From: a virus
Lineage: Duplodnaviria; Heunggongvirae; Uroviricota; Caudoviricetes
Length of the DNA stretch: 64,000 bases
Direction: 5' to 3' (one strand)
IMG/VR virus record: IMGVR_UViG_3300038300_000093
Shown here: positions 35,738-45,005 of the stretch, piece after piece
Position numbering within the stretch: position 1 is the first letter of the stretch
How the letters are laid out: each line of letters begins with the position of its first letter
Notes under the pieces: generated by a model
Told to the model about the DNA's origin: nothing
The model's database searches: none
What the model saw: only the letters and a program-made list of their open reading frames with translations
Program-made: the position numbers and the translations under genes

Positions 35738-36592
35738 TCATATTAAATACATTAATATTTCTTTTGCCTCTTCGCTGAGGTTTTCTATATTAACACATTT
35801 TATAGCTTCTTTGTTTTGTCTGACTGCTTCTATCTGTACTTTCTCGGTAGGATTTATTATATTTCCAATTGAAGAAAAATTTTGTCTTACTGCAATTAAC
35901 TGCGCTTCTTCACATGGATTCTTTATATATTGTATTGCAGAACATATTTCCTCCACAGCTTTAATTTGTACTTCTTTGCTGGCGTTGTTTATTCTCTTTA
36001 TTACAAGGCCATCTTGACCAACCGCTTCTAATTGAATTGCTTTACTGGGATTCTTTATATACATTATTGAATCAGCAGTTTCTTTAATAGCAATCAAACA
36101 AGCTTTCACGCATGGATTCTTTATATATCTCAGTGACTCACAGTTTTCACTGACTGCTTCCATTTGAACTTCTTCATCTGGGTTGTTTATACTCTTTATA
36201 GCAAGGCCATCTTCTTCCACAGCCTCTAGTTGAATATACTTATTGGGATTATCAATATACATTATTGAATCAGGACATTGTTTAACTGCTTCCAACTGTA
36301 CTTCTTCACTAGGATTCTTTATATATCTAATTGATAATCCTGACTTTTTAACAGCAGCCAATTGAAGTTCTTCGCTTGGATTATCAATGAATTTTATAAC
36401 ATCTCCATTTATCCTAATTGACTTCAAACATTTATCTTTATCATAAATGTCAAATCCTATTGATTTTACCTTTTGTTCCTTCAGGTATTCTGTTAAATCT
36501 TTCATTTTACTTCTACATTGTTTATTTGGTTGACCAAGACTTATTACATCCAATACATATCCAACCTGATGTACGAGATTTAGTGTCGTCAT
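35738..36592 (-). CDS. tandem-repeat protein (284 aa) with about eleven ~23-aa repeats I.NPSEEVQLEAVKQ.G.AI.YI
   Basis: The periodic repeat is visible in the translation and resembles the DUF4116 repeat class (EEVQLAAVKQNG.AL.YA). This assignment is from memory, not from a search. Confidence 0.6.
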   Translation of the reverse strand: MTTLNLVHQVGYVLDVISLGQPNKQCRSKMKDLTEYLKEQKVKSIGFDIYDKDKCLKSIRINGDVIKFIDNPSEELQLAAVKKSGLSIRYIKNPSEEVQLEAVKQCPDSIMYIDNPNKYIQLEAVEEDGLAIKSINNPDEEVQMEAVSENCESLRYIKNPCVKACLIAIKETADSIMYIKNPSKAIQLEAVGQDGLVIKRINNASKEVQIKAVEEICSAIQYIKNPCEEAQLIAVRQNFSSIGNIINPTEKVQIEAVRQNKEAIKCVNIENLSEEAKEILMYLI

Positions 36593-36722
36593 TTGGCACT
36601 ATAACTCTGTTGTCGCATTCATGATTTTTAACCAATTCAACAACATCTTTAAATTCTTTCTTTTTATAATTCATATATAAAAATACATGCCTTTAGGAGA
36701 TTTTCAAGCTGTTTCTTGTTTT

Positions 36723-36992
36723 TTATTCGTAATCATAATGTGACATCTTAAAGAGCCAATCTTTTAACCAGTAACCATCTTTTCTTCTCTTAAAGACTCG
36801 CTCATTCTCAAAGCCATTCGGCCAATGATAACATTTAGTATCGTTGAAATAGAAAGAAAATGAATTATCATAAACGAATAAACATCCTTGAAATTCTTTC
36901 TGTCTCTGATAGCCACCACTTATAGTTACAAGGTCTATGTTTTTTGCCACTTTATCATGGTCTTTCATTCCTATTTCTTTATAATGTATCAT
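36723..36992 (-). CDS. KGCLFVYDD-family paralog (89 aa)
   Basis: Contains FQGCLFVYDNSF. Confidence 0.55.
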   Translation of the reverse strand: MIHYKEIGMKDHDKVAKNIDLVTISGGYQRQKEFQGCLFVYDNSFSFYFNDTKCYHWPNGFENERVFKRRKDGYWLKDWLFKMSHYDYE

Positions 36993-37492
36993 ACTAAATA
37001 TATCAAAAGATCTTTCGTCTCTTCAGTTAATCTGTCTATATCTACAAATTCAATATTATCCCCACACCTTTTCACTGCTTCCAGTATGACTTTCTCAGTG
37101 GGATTCTTTATAAGCGCAAATGATGTGGGTAAAATTTCAATAGCTGCTAATTGGACTTTCTCGCTGGGATTTCTTATAACTTCAAGACAGTTTGGATCGT
37201 CTTTTATAGCTTGGATAAAAACCTCTTCGCAGGGATCTTCTATAACCATTATGACGTAGCCATTTTCTTTGACGGCTGCCATTTGAAGTTCTTTACTTGG
37301 GTTATCAATATAAATTATATTATATCCATCATTTTGAACAGCAGATAACTTAACAGCTTCACTTGCGTTCTTCATATGGGTTATCTTGTAATTCTTTAGG
37401 ATTATAGCTTCTATGCATTTAGTTTCATCGGAAATATCAAACCCTAATAATTTACTTCTAGCTTTCTTTAAATACTCTGTTGCATCTCTCAC
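36989..37492 (-). CDS. tandem-repeat protein (167 aa), same repeat class as ORF 35738-36592
   Basis: Repeats NPSKELQMAAVKENGYVI / NPSEKVQLAAIE... Confidence 0.55.
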   Translation of the reverse strand: MRDATEYLKKARSKLLGFDISDETKCIEAIILKNYKITHMKNASEAVKLSAVQNDGYNIIYIDNPSKELQMAAVKENGYVIMVIEDPCEEVFIQAIKDDPNCLEVIRNPSEKVQLAAIEILPTSFALIKNPTEKVILEAVKRCGDNIEFVDIDRLTEETKDLLIYLV

Positions 37493-37655
37493 ATTATAAA
37501 ATTCCTATTTATGAAGCCCCAATCACAGACTTTGACTAGATATTCTAAGAATTCACTATCACATACAAACAGACAACCTTTGAAGTCCAGACCTTTCCTG
37601 CCTTTACGCCTATTTATCATAATCTTATGATATTCAATTTTTTTTACAGCTGTCA

Positions 37656-37922
37656 TTATGAATGCCCAAATCTATGATTGTAATAAATGTTTAATTCTAT
37701 CTTCTTTCTATTTTTCAGCCAATCATCTAAGCTTCGAATAGGATTAGAATTCATAGGATCGCTATACATACTTATCAATCCATTTAAGAAACAATCTGCG
37801 TGATCTTCAAATTCTTGATCATATAGAAATAAACATCCTTTTATTTCTTCATTATTAATCATGGACAGTGAATCTATTACTTTACTGTAATCATCTGAAT
37901 GTATTTTTTTTATAGTTATCAT
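37656..37922 (-). CDS. KGCLFVYDD-family paralog (88 aa)
   Basis: Contains IKGCLFLYDQEF. An additional degenerate unannotated copy, DFKGCLFVCDSEF, lies at about 37500-37640. Confidence 0.5.
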   Translation of the reverse strand: MITIKKIHSDDYSKVIDSLSMINNEEIKGCLFLYDQEFEDHADCFLNGLISMYSDPMNSNPIRSLDDWLKNRKKIELNIYYNHRFGHS

Positions 37923-38119
37923 TTTGGTCTTATCTCAAGCCAACTATCCAAGCTGAGGTATAATTGATTAAAGTATTTCTCAAATTTTTCATCATATACG
38001 AACAAACAGCCTTTGAATTTTTTAATATTGTGATCTTTTGAACCAAGATTTATTGTTATTATCACATTGCTCAAAGTCTTTTCAAGATCATTTCTTGGCC
38101 TGCCGTTGTATTTTATCAT
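37919..38119 (-). CDS. KGCLFVYDD-family paralog (66 aa)
   Basis: Contains FKGCLFVYDEKF. Confidence 0.55.
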   Translation of the reverse strand: MIKYNGRPRNDLEKTLSNVIITINLGSKDHNIKKFKGCLFVYDEKFEKYFNQLYLSLDSWLEIRPK

Positions 38120-38124
38120 ACTTA

Positions 38125-38343
38125 TTAAAAGCCTTTGTTTTCTGGCTCTTCATAAGTAGTTTCTACTTCTGGCTTTGGAACCTCTTTCGGTACATCATTC
38201 ATATCCCATATTCTAGGTGGGAATATATCTATATTCCATTTGCCCTTTCCTATTGGTAGTCCGAAGAATAGTGCAGTTATCAACATGATAAAAACTATCA
38301 AACTAAAGCAACCACACCCACCGTTATTATTATCTTCACTCAC
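38125..38343 (-). CDS. small membrane protein (72 aa)
   Basis: Hydrophobic segment SLIVFIMLITALFFGL. Confidence 0.5.
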   Translation of the reverse strand: MSEDNNNGGCGCFSLIVFIMLITALFFGLPIGKGKWNIDIFPPRIWDMNDVPKEVPKPEVETTYEEPENKGF

Positions 38344-38406
38344 AACATAATCCTTCTTTTGTTATTATATCTCGTACTGTATCACTTGAAATAAGGATTG
38401 CAAGTT

Positions 38407-38619
38407 CTATTTTTTTATTTTAAAGTTTCCTACGTTCGTACCACAATTGGTATTCCCATCTCTGTTGAACAATTCTACGTTATCAACTTCCCTAGATACG
38501 AAATCAACACAACCCTTATGGTCATAAGTGACAAATTGTATAAGGCCACTTTCAGTGTATATTATTGCACCAAACATTTTGCCTCTTTTGTCTATATCTT
38601 TAAGCATATCCTCATTCAT
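38407..38619 (-). CDS. hypothetical protein (70 aa)
   Basis: ORF-track ORF. Confidence 0.45.
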   Translation of the reverse strand: MNEDMLKDIDKRGKMFGAIIYTESGLIQFVTYDHKGCVDFVSREVDNVELFNRDGNTNCGTNVGNFKIKK

Positions 38620-39175
38620 TTCTTAATTCCTTTTTATGTGATATAAATAAACTTCCTGCATATCTTTTAGGGAAAGCAAAGAAGGAATGAAAGTCTCTAA
38701 TAGCAATATGTTCTTCTTTGTTTAACTCTAAGCGGAGATTATCTATACATTGATATTCTGTTTCTCCCGTGTTGAACAAATCTTCTGCATTTATCTCCAC
38801 ATTTAATCTTTGGTTATCATGATAACCATTCATTCCAACCAACTGCAGGTCTTTAGGCTCAAATGAATTTACCAGTGAAATGGCATAGTATAAAGCTTCA
38901 ACGTCTGTTGTTGAAAAACAATCCATATCTACTTCGCCCTTAGAATTTGCCATATCTAATAAACTAATATCTTCTTCGAGCGTATAAATGGCCGAGTTCA
39001 ACATTAGAAACTTCTTATCAAACTCTTTTCTTGTTATCGTTCTCCCATGCATTCTTATGTGAAACCTATCCGCAGTAAACATGCAAGACCTCAAAGCATT
39101 CTCATCCATTTGGGGAATCTTAGACTTTAAAAACTTTACTGCATTTATAAGCGATTTTTCCTCATACATAATCAT
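38612..39175 (-). CDS. hypothetical protein (187 aa)
   Basis: ORF-track ORF. Confidence 0.55.
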   Translation of the reverse strand: MIMYEEKSLINAVKFLKSKIPQMDENALRSCMFTADRFHIRMHGRTITRKEFDKKFLMLNSAIYTLEEDISLLDMANSKGEVDMDCFSTTDVEALYYAISLVNSFEPKDLQLVGMNGYHDNQRLNVEINAEDLFNTGETEYQCIDNLRLELNKEEHIAIRDFHSFFAFPKRYAGSLFISHKKELRNE

Positions 39176-39738
39176 CTCTCCAAGATTACCTCTTTCAATA
39201 CTTCCCTTTGAAAGTCCTTGAAGAATCTGTCTAGTATTTCATCAACGCCCTCTGTTCTTGCTCTTGCAAGTATCTCAGCATTTTCTTTTAAAAGAGAGTT
39301 TATTATATGCCTCAACACCTTTGTGCAATTAATCTTCCATTCAATATCTTTACTTTTAATTCTATCTTTGTAGTGGCTAATTACAACGTCAAGTATTAAG
39401 AATATTTTCTTTTGCTCAAAATTTGAATTGATTATTTCTTCATAAGAATTAAGTTTATTAAATTCTAAAATAGAACTGTTCGCTTTTGACATAATGCCAC
39501 TTAAAGCTTTTTTTCTTTCCCTGTATTTTAAATGATTCATTTTATCCATGTTATCACTTAATTCTTTTATACAATTGTCAACTTCTACCTTTGTAAAATT
39601 AAACTCTATTCCTTTGAAACTAACCGTATGGTATGGCTTCGCTGCTTTTTCCTTCTCTTGTCCAAAACAAGCCAAACTTAATGATAACATCAAAATAAAC
39701 TTAATCACAATTCTTCCTTGTCTGATATTTCCAGCCAT
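39172..39738 (-). CDS. putative lipoprotein or secreted protein (188 aa)
   Basis: Signal peptide with a lipobox-like LSLACFG. Confidence 0.55.
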   Translation of the reverse strand: MAGNIRQGRIVIKFILMLSLSLACFGQEKEKAAKPYHTVSFKGIEFNFTKVEVDNCIKELSDNMDKMNHLKYRERKKALSGIMSKANSSILEFNKLNSYEEIINSNFEQKKIFLILDVVISHYKDRIKSKDIEWKINCTKVLRHIINSLLKENAEILARARTEGVDEILDRFFKDFQREVLKEVILER

Positions 39739-39902
39739 CCTTCTTCTAGATCATCATCCCATCCATAACCTTTCCCGAAGCTAAATTTGAAACTTTGTCC
39801 AAGCCTTATTATTGCTTCAGAGGCTTCCTTAGAGGAAAGAGAAACTTTATTCATCGCCTTAATTGATTGTTTAAAATTGAGGTTTAAATCTTCTAGTTTC
39901 AC
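39705..39902 (-). CDS. small protein ending ..EGWLEISDKEEL (65 aa)
   Basis: C-terminal motif family. Confidence 0.45.
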   Translation of the reverse strand: MKLEDLNLNFKQSIKAMNKVSLSSKEASEAIIRLGQSFKFSFGKGYGWDDDLEEGWLEISDKEEL

Positions 39903-40074
39903 AGTACTTCCTCTATCTCATACACCCTTAAATAACCTTTATCTTTATATCTAACAACTTTTTCTAGGCAAGACAAACAGTCCCACTTATCAATTTCATC
40001 ATCACGAAATAAAGACGTAGATTCAATCTTACATATATTGCAAACATTGTAGTCTTTACTTCTCACTCATCCTC

Positions 40075-40374
40075 CTAAAATATTGATAATACCAAATCTA
40101 ATCCTTCTTCTTTATTATATGACTCAACTTCATAGAATTTTAATACTTCATCAATAAATTTAGAAGCTCTCTCACAATTATAAATAATTATTTCCTCAAG
40201 GTCTCCCTCGTAATCACACTTTTCCGTCATATAGCCATCGTTCAACTCTATATCGACTTTCTCTGCAATCTCCCACAGTTCATTCTTAACTTGGTAAAAA
40301 GCTCTATTTGAGCATCCAAATATTATTTTAAAGAATGGGCTCGGCGTGACTATTTTAGCATCTTTTGGTTTCAT
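40075..40374 (-). CDS. hypothetical protein (99 aa)
   Basis: ORF-track ORF. Confidence 0.5.
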   Translation of the reverse strand: MKPKDAKIVTPSPFFKIIFGCSNRAFYQVKNELWEIAEKVDIELNDGYMTEKCDYEGDLEEIIIYNCERASKFIDEVLKFYEVESYNKEEGLDLVLSIF

Positions 40375-40583
40375 ATTTCTTCCTTTGTGTATATTCTCAG
40401 TGAACTTCCATTATCTTCTTCTTCAATTCTTCTCATAAAACAAGGCAAATCGTATTTCCAATTCCAACCGCATGAGTTATGCATTGATTCTCCAGCATTA
40501 GGGCAATTACTTCTTTCCAAGTCATCATCTACTGGATAATCGCCAGTTGCCCTGTAAAAATACTCTGCAGTTATCCCACTCAT
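40371..40583 (-). CDS. small Cys-containing protein ending ..LRIYTKEEI (70 aa)
   Basis: C-terminal motif family. Confidence 0.5.
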   Translation of the reverse strand: MSGITAEYFYRATGDYPVDDDLERSNCPNAGESMHNSCGWNWKYDLPCFMRRIEEEDNGSSLRIYTKEEI

Positions 40584-40760
40584 TGCTTTATATCCATCTC
40601 TCTTCGTAATTTTCTACATTACTTGCAAGAAGATCCAATTCTTCAATCTGATCGCTTGTAATTGTGTCAGCAATGGAAAGATCAATCAATAAACTAACTC
40701 TTGCGAGTGCTTCCTCGTACTGCTTGTCTGTTTCAATTGGTTTATATTCCATTGTATTCC

Positions 40761-40979
40761 TTAACTATTGTGATATCCTCTTGTGTGAAGCCAGACTTCC
40801 AAATCATCCACTCCGTCTATTTCATTATATTTTTTTTCAAACTCATCATCGTATACAAACAGACATCCTTGAAATTCTTTCTTTATGATCATATAATTCT
40901 CAGACGGTAATTCTTGAAGATGTGTGTTCTCAATAGCCTTCTCGTAATCAGACTTATTTATTTTCTTCAAATGTATCAT
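40761..40979 (-). CDS. KGCLFVYDD-family paralog (72 aa)
   Basis: Contains FQGCLFVYDDEF. Confidence 0.55.
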   Translation of the reverse strand: MIHLKKINKSDYEKAIENTHLQELPSENYMIIKKEFQGCLFVYDDEFEKKYNEIDGVDDLEVWLHTRGYHNS

Positions 40980-41547
40980 TTTCTTTACACTTTATTCCGA
41001 CCTTAAAATCTTCATCCGTTAATTCTGGTATGTCACTAAAATCAATATCTTCACGATTAGGAGCATTCTTTAAAGCTTTTTCAAATCTTTTATCCCTACA
41101 ACCTTTTTCAGTCAACTCGCCTACCATCATCACAACGCATCCACTGTCATTATCCTCAAGATCCATTTGATGTAATTTAGTATGATCAAATTCATAAACA
41201 TTGAACAGCTCTACTTCTTCTGTTTGTCCACTTGCTGTAATTGTAGAAATTCCTTTTGGAAGTATCAGAGGTATTACATAAGTTGTTCCGGTAAACTTTT
41301 CTGGATCTAAAGCATCAGTATGAGGCTCTGCCCCTTTGCAGACACTAAAGAAAACATAGTCAAGGTTATTCTTGTCGATATTGATAACTTCTCCAAGATC
41401 TTCTACAAACTTTTCAGAATCCGCTGAGTGATGCTTGTTTATTTGAAATTTAGTTGGTGTGTTTACTTTATAGTTCTCATGCTTTATTGTTTCTGCATAA
41501 TCCACTATTGAATTTGAAATATCCATCAATCCATGATTCGTAATCAT
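40954..41547 (-). CDS. hypothetical protein (197 aa), weak resemblance to a cupin / 2OG-Fe(II) oxygenase H-x-D...H arrangement
   Basis: AEPHTDALD ... FDHTKLHQ spacing only; low support. Confidence 0.5.
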   Translation of the reverse strand: MITNHGLMDISNSIVDYAETIKHENYKVNTPTKFQINKHHSADSEKFVEDLGEVINIDKNNLDYVFFSVCKGAEPHTDALDPEKFTGTTYVIPLILPKGISTITASGQTEEVELFNVYEFDHTKLHQMDLEDNDSGCVVMMVGELTEKGCRDKRFEKALKNAPNREDIDFSDIPELTDEDFKVGIKCKENDTFEENK

Positions 41548-41557
41548 TTTAATCTCC

Positions 41558-41824
41558 TTACTTTTTTAAATTAGAACAATCTACGCCAAGATCTTCAAGA
41601 GTTGGCGCTTCAACTGCTATATATTCCCCGCCTTTAAGCTGCTTTAATAATTCTTCTGTGGTCATTCTATCTCCATACACATCTTTTATAACAGCAGATC
41701 CATCTCGCATATCTATTCTTATATCAATATACTTACATCTTGAGTTTACAGACCAACTCCAATGAACTTTATTAGTGATTATTGATATTACTGCACTTGT
41801 CCAATCATTGAATGGTTGCCACAT
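41558..41824 (-). CDS. hypothetical protein (88 aa)
   Basis: ORF-track ORF. Confidence 0.5.
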   Translation of the reverse strand: MWQPFNDWTSAVISIITNKVHWSWSVNSRCKYIDIRIDMRDGSAVIKDVYGDRMTTEELLKQLKGGEYIAVEAPTLEDLGVDCSNLKK

Positions 41825-41825
41825 C

Positions 41826-42533
41826 TTATTTACCTTTTTTTGATTTATCTTTTCTGAATGAAAATTTGTTGAATCCTTTTGATTCTGCTACAACTACATC
41901 TCCTCCAACTGGCATTGATGGATCATTTGATTGAGCAAGGTCATTCCCAATATACATATCAAGTTCTTGGAATGCTGTATAACTATCAAATTGTTTATAA
42001 AATTCGTACTTCTTCAACTCATGATTAAGGCTAAGGATTTCTTTTTGATCAAGAGTTAAATCAATTACAAACGATGGAACGCTGTGTTTCGTAAATATGC
42101 CAAGCAAGCTCTTATCTTCTAGTATTTCATCTCTTCTTGAAATAAACTTAGGAGCTTGTTTCCACCTGTAATTATTTCCGTTGTTACTCTTTATAAATTC
42201 ATCTTTCCACTTTGAGCTTGATTGATATATATTTAAAAAGCAATTAAGCTTTTCCATATCGTAAAATACATGCTTTTCCGGTAAATTTCCCCATGAAGTT
42301 CTACTCAGCTCAACTTCAACTCCATAGTATATTTTTCCACAGAAGCCTACTACAAACTCTTTATACATGTATTCTTTATCTTCAACCCATATCCGTCCAA
42401 TTTTGAATGATCTTCTATTGAAGGGATTTTTAATTTCCAGACTAATGTTTTTACGAATATATAAAGGATGATCATCTCGATACATTCCTTGTACGCCATC
42501 GTAATAATCTCTAAATTTAGATACTATTTTCAT
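41826..42533 (-). CDS. hypothetical protein (235 aa)
   Basis: ORF-track ORF. Confidence 0.55.
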   Translation of the reverse strand: MKIVSKFRDYYDGVQGMYRDDHPLYIRKNISLEIKNPFNRRSFKIGRIWVEDKEYMYKEFVVGFCGKIYYGVEVELSRTSWGNLPEKHVFYDMEKLNCFLNIYQSSSKWKDEFIKSNNGNNYRWKQAPKFISRRDEILEDKSLLGIFTKHSVPSFVIDLTLDQKEILSLNHELKKYEFYKQFDSYTAFQELDMYIGNDLAQSNDPSMPVGGDVVVAESKGFNKFSFRKDKSKKGK

Positions 42534-42605
42534 TTTTTAGCCACTTTCATTTTTTTTGTACTTCTTATAAAAATGAAAGTATCACTTTAAATAAAAATTA
42601 CAAGT

Positions 42606-42932
42606 TCATTTATCCTTTATATCCCAAAAAGCTCCGCTTCTAAATATTCCATCTTCCACTTTCGTCAAATCATTAAGAACTATTAACTCCTTTGCGTCAG
42701 AATTGGATATAGTCACTTTAAGAAGTGTTCCCTTCTTTCCCCTTCTGATCAATCTAAACTCTTGGCCTCTATCTCCATTCCACTCAGATATATAAAATCC
42801 CTTCTTCCATATCTTACAAAGTTCTTTTATATTAATCTCACATTCCCCAGTATCTGGACAATTTACTATAAACTTCTGATTTAATTTAGTCATTATAATC
42901 TCCCTTTGGTGAAATCTACAACATTTACCCAT
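42606..42932 (-). CDS. hypothetical protein (108 aa)
   Basis: ORF-track ORF. Confidence 0.5.
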   Translation of the reverse strand: MGKCCRFHQREIIMTKLNQKFIVNCPDTGECEINIKELCKIWKKGFYISEWNGDRGQEFRLIRRGKKGTLLKVTISNSDAKELIVLNDLTKVEDGIFRSGAFWDIKDK

Positions 42933-43126
42933 GCATAGAATATTCCATCATCCCATTCCCAATCGGCATCTCTTTCCAATACACTTTGTGCCTCTTCCAT
43001 TGTCATATTAACTTCATAAGGCCCTAAGTAACTACTATCCCCAGACTTTGTACTATATCCTATATAATATCCCTTGTTATTTGGAATTTCATATCTTCCA
43101 CTATCACTGCAATAAAACTTGGCCAT
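42893..43126 (-). CDS. hypothetical protein (77 aa)
   Basis: ORF-track ORF. Confidence 0.45.
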   Translation of the reverse strand: MAKFYCSDSGRYEIPNNKGYYIGYSTKSGDSSYLGPYEVNMTMEEAQSVLERDADWEWDDGIFYAWVNVVDFTKGRL

Positions 43127-43142
43127 TACTTTTCCTTTATCA

Positions 43143-43505
43143 TCAATTACTATTCAAGTAGGCCATATAAGACACTTCGCATCTCTTAGAGCACATTTGA
43201 TCATGATTGTAGCACATATTCCCACAGTTGGGACACTTTCCAGTAGGAAGACCATCTGGCAAATCAGGCTTTCCAAAAGCGCTATCCTGACAAGACTGAC
43301 ACATTCCGCTTATCTTATATTCCTTAAGGCTTAAGTCGTCTACGAATCCCATGTAGGGCTTTTGGCAAGTTGGACAGGTATTAATTCCTGTATCATTCAT
43401 TTGCTTCTCAGTCAATGACTCGTGCATGACTCCCATTAAAAATGCATTTGCTTCAGCTCTACCCATTGTTTTGCCTTTTCCTATTTTGATCTTGTAGTTC
43501 ATCAT
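43143..43505 (-). CDS. Cys-rich protein with multiple CxxC pairs (120 aa)
   Basis: Contains CPTC...CQSC...CPNC. Confidence 0.55.
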   Translation of the reverse strand: MMNYKIKIGKGKTMGRAEANAFLMGVMHESLTEKQMNDTGINTCPTCQKPYMGFVDDLSLKEYKISGMCQSCQDSAFGKPDLPDGLPTGKCPNCGNMCYNHDQMCSKRCEVSYMAYLNSN

Positions 43506-43830
43506 TTAGATACTCAATAAGATAATTAGCCTGCTTTATCTGTATCTTGTTTATTCTTGCGACATTAGGATATTTCTTAGAACCTGATAGATCTTTATCG
43601 ATTTTCTCATATTCTGTTCTATTTCTTACCAATCCCGTAATAATCATAGCAATGTCGGAATCTGTTATACTTAATTTAACTTTCATTTTTAACTTTCCTG
43701 CTGTATTTAATTCCCTTCCATTCTCTACATGACTTCCCACAGCTTGTTTTAGTTCTTGCATCGTGATAACAGCAAAGTCCTCCTCCGTATGAATCCTTTT
43801 TCCATTTCTGGAAATGTGCGCAGCTACCAC
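43459..43830 (-). CDS. hypothetical protein; true start is probably an internal Met (MKVKL at about 43686)
   Basis: The ORF-track ORF overlaps the Cys-rich ORF 43676-43870 by 155 nt; an internal start would remove the conflict. Confidence 0.4.
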   Translation of the reverse strand: MVAAHISRNGKRIHTEEDFAVITMQELKQAVGSHVENGRELNTAGKLKMKVKLSITDSDIAMIITGLVRNRTEYEKIDKDLSGSKKYPNVARINKIQIKQANYLIEYLNDELQDQNRKRQNNG

Positions 43831-43839
43831 AATCTCTAC

Positions 43840-44094
43840 TCATTTCAAAGTTTCTCCCAAGCGAGTACAATACTTAAAATCATTCTTTGCAGTAGAATAC
43901 CATTTCTCTTTTTCATTGTAATTCACAAATGGAGCAACTACACATACAAGATCAGCATTTATATGAGCGAACTCCTCAACAGGATCATCATGAAAAAAAC
44001 ATATTTCTCCGAATTCTGGTAATTCCTTACAAGAGTGTCCTCTAAAAGGAAGAATGCATCCGCATTTTTGGCAGGGATTTATTATGTCAAACAT
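43840..44094 (-). CDS. Cys-rich hypothetical protein (84 aa)
   Basis: Contains CQKCGC...HSC. Confidence 0.5.
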   Translation of the reverse strand: MFDIINPCQKCGCILPFRGHSCKELPEFGEICFFHDDPVEEFAHINADLVCVVAPFVNYNEKEKWYSTAKNDFKYCTRLGETLK

Positions 44095-44422
44095 TTCTAT
44101 ATTTCAACCTATCTTGGTATTTTCTTTCAAACTCTTCGTTTCTTTTCCAACTCACGACTCTTTTGAATATAACCCTGAATTGTTTATGATTCTTATGTGT
44201 AGAATGTACTATTCTCAAGTGGCAAGTTTCACAGAGACTCACTCCATTGTTTAAATCTAATGCTTTCTCAGGACAATCATATTTCCTATCAAGATGATGA
44301 GCTTGTATCTTTCTTTTAGATGTTGCCTTTTCAAGGCACATTTGACAAATGAAATTATCTCTTATACGAATGTATCTTGACCATTTGGCCAAATAGTATT
44401 CAGAATATGGATTTTCACTCAT
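44087..44422 (-). CDS. HNH endonuclease
   Basis: CQMC ... AHHL ... LDLNNGVSLCETCH is the canonical HNH C-x2-C / HH / N / C-x2-C-H arrangement. Confidence 0.7.
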   Translation of the reverse strand: MSENPYSEYYLAKWSRYIRIRDNFICQMCLEKATSKRKIQAHHLDRKYDCPEKALDLNNGVSLCETCHLRIVHSTHKNHKQFRVIFKRVVSWKRNEEFERKYQDRLKYRNV

Positions 44423-44993
44423 TCCTTTTTCCCAGTCCTTCCACTGATTCTTTCACCGTCTTTAATTAAAGAACCTGAAGGATCAATATAAACAGATGCA
44501 CTTTTACACTTATCACCATTAACTCTTATTGTTCTGGCTCCACTAACATACAAATCTTGTGAGTAAAGATATAAATCAACGGCTTTGGCCAATTCATTTC
44601 CAGTAAGTTTAATATCTATACCAGTTCCAAACTCAGAATCACCTTTTCCTTTTTTGATTTTCATCCTATATCGCCACTCATTGTTGACACTGATCCTTGG
44701 ATCGATCCAGAGCAACTAACATCACCACTCATAGTCTTTACAGATCCTTGAATATCTCCAGAACAATCAACATCACCACTCATAGTCTTTACAGAACCAC
44801 AATTTCCCTTTACTGTAATCATATCGCAAGCATCAACATCAAGTTTTTCAATGCTAGACTCAATCACAATACTTATATTTTTCTGATCTATATTTTTAAG
44901 GTTGGTAATTTCCTTGCCATTTGAAAAAACTCTATTACCATTTATTGTAACATTTCCTGAAAAATTATACTTATCGCCATTTATATTAATCAT
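44419..44993 (-). pseudogene. bactofilin-like beta-helical repeat gene split into two overlapping ORFs (44661-44993 and 44419-44715)
   Basis: Upstream ORF carries GSVKTMSGDV.CSG.IQ repeats; downstream ORF continues a beta-strand-rich pattern. The 55-nt overlap in different frames suggests a programmed frameshift or a disrupted gene. Confidence 0.4.
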
Positions 44994-45005
44994 ATTATCC
45001 TCTCT

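Noticed and set aside
43676-43870. ORF 43676-43870 versus ORF 43459-43830 overlap
   Set aside because: A 155-nt same-strand overlap is implausible. The upstream Cys-rich ORF is kept and the downstream gene is assumed to start at an internal Met. Not enough evidence to call a frameshift.
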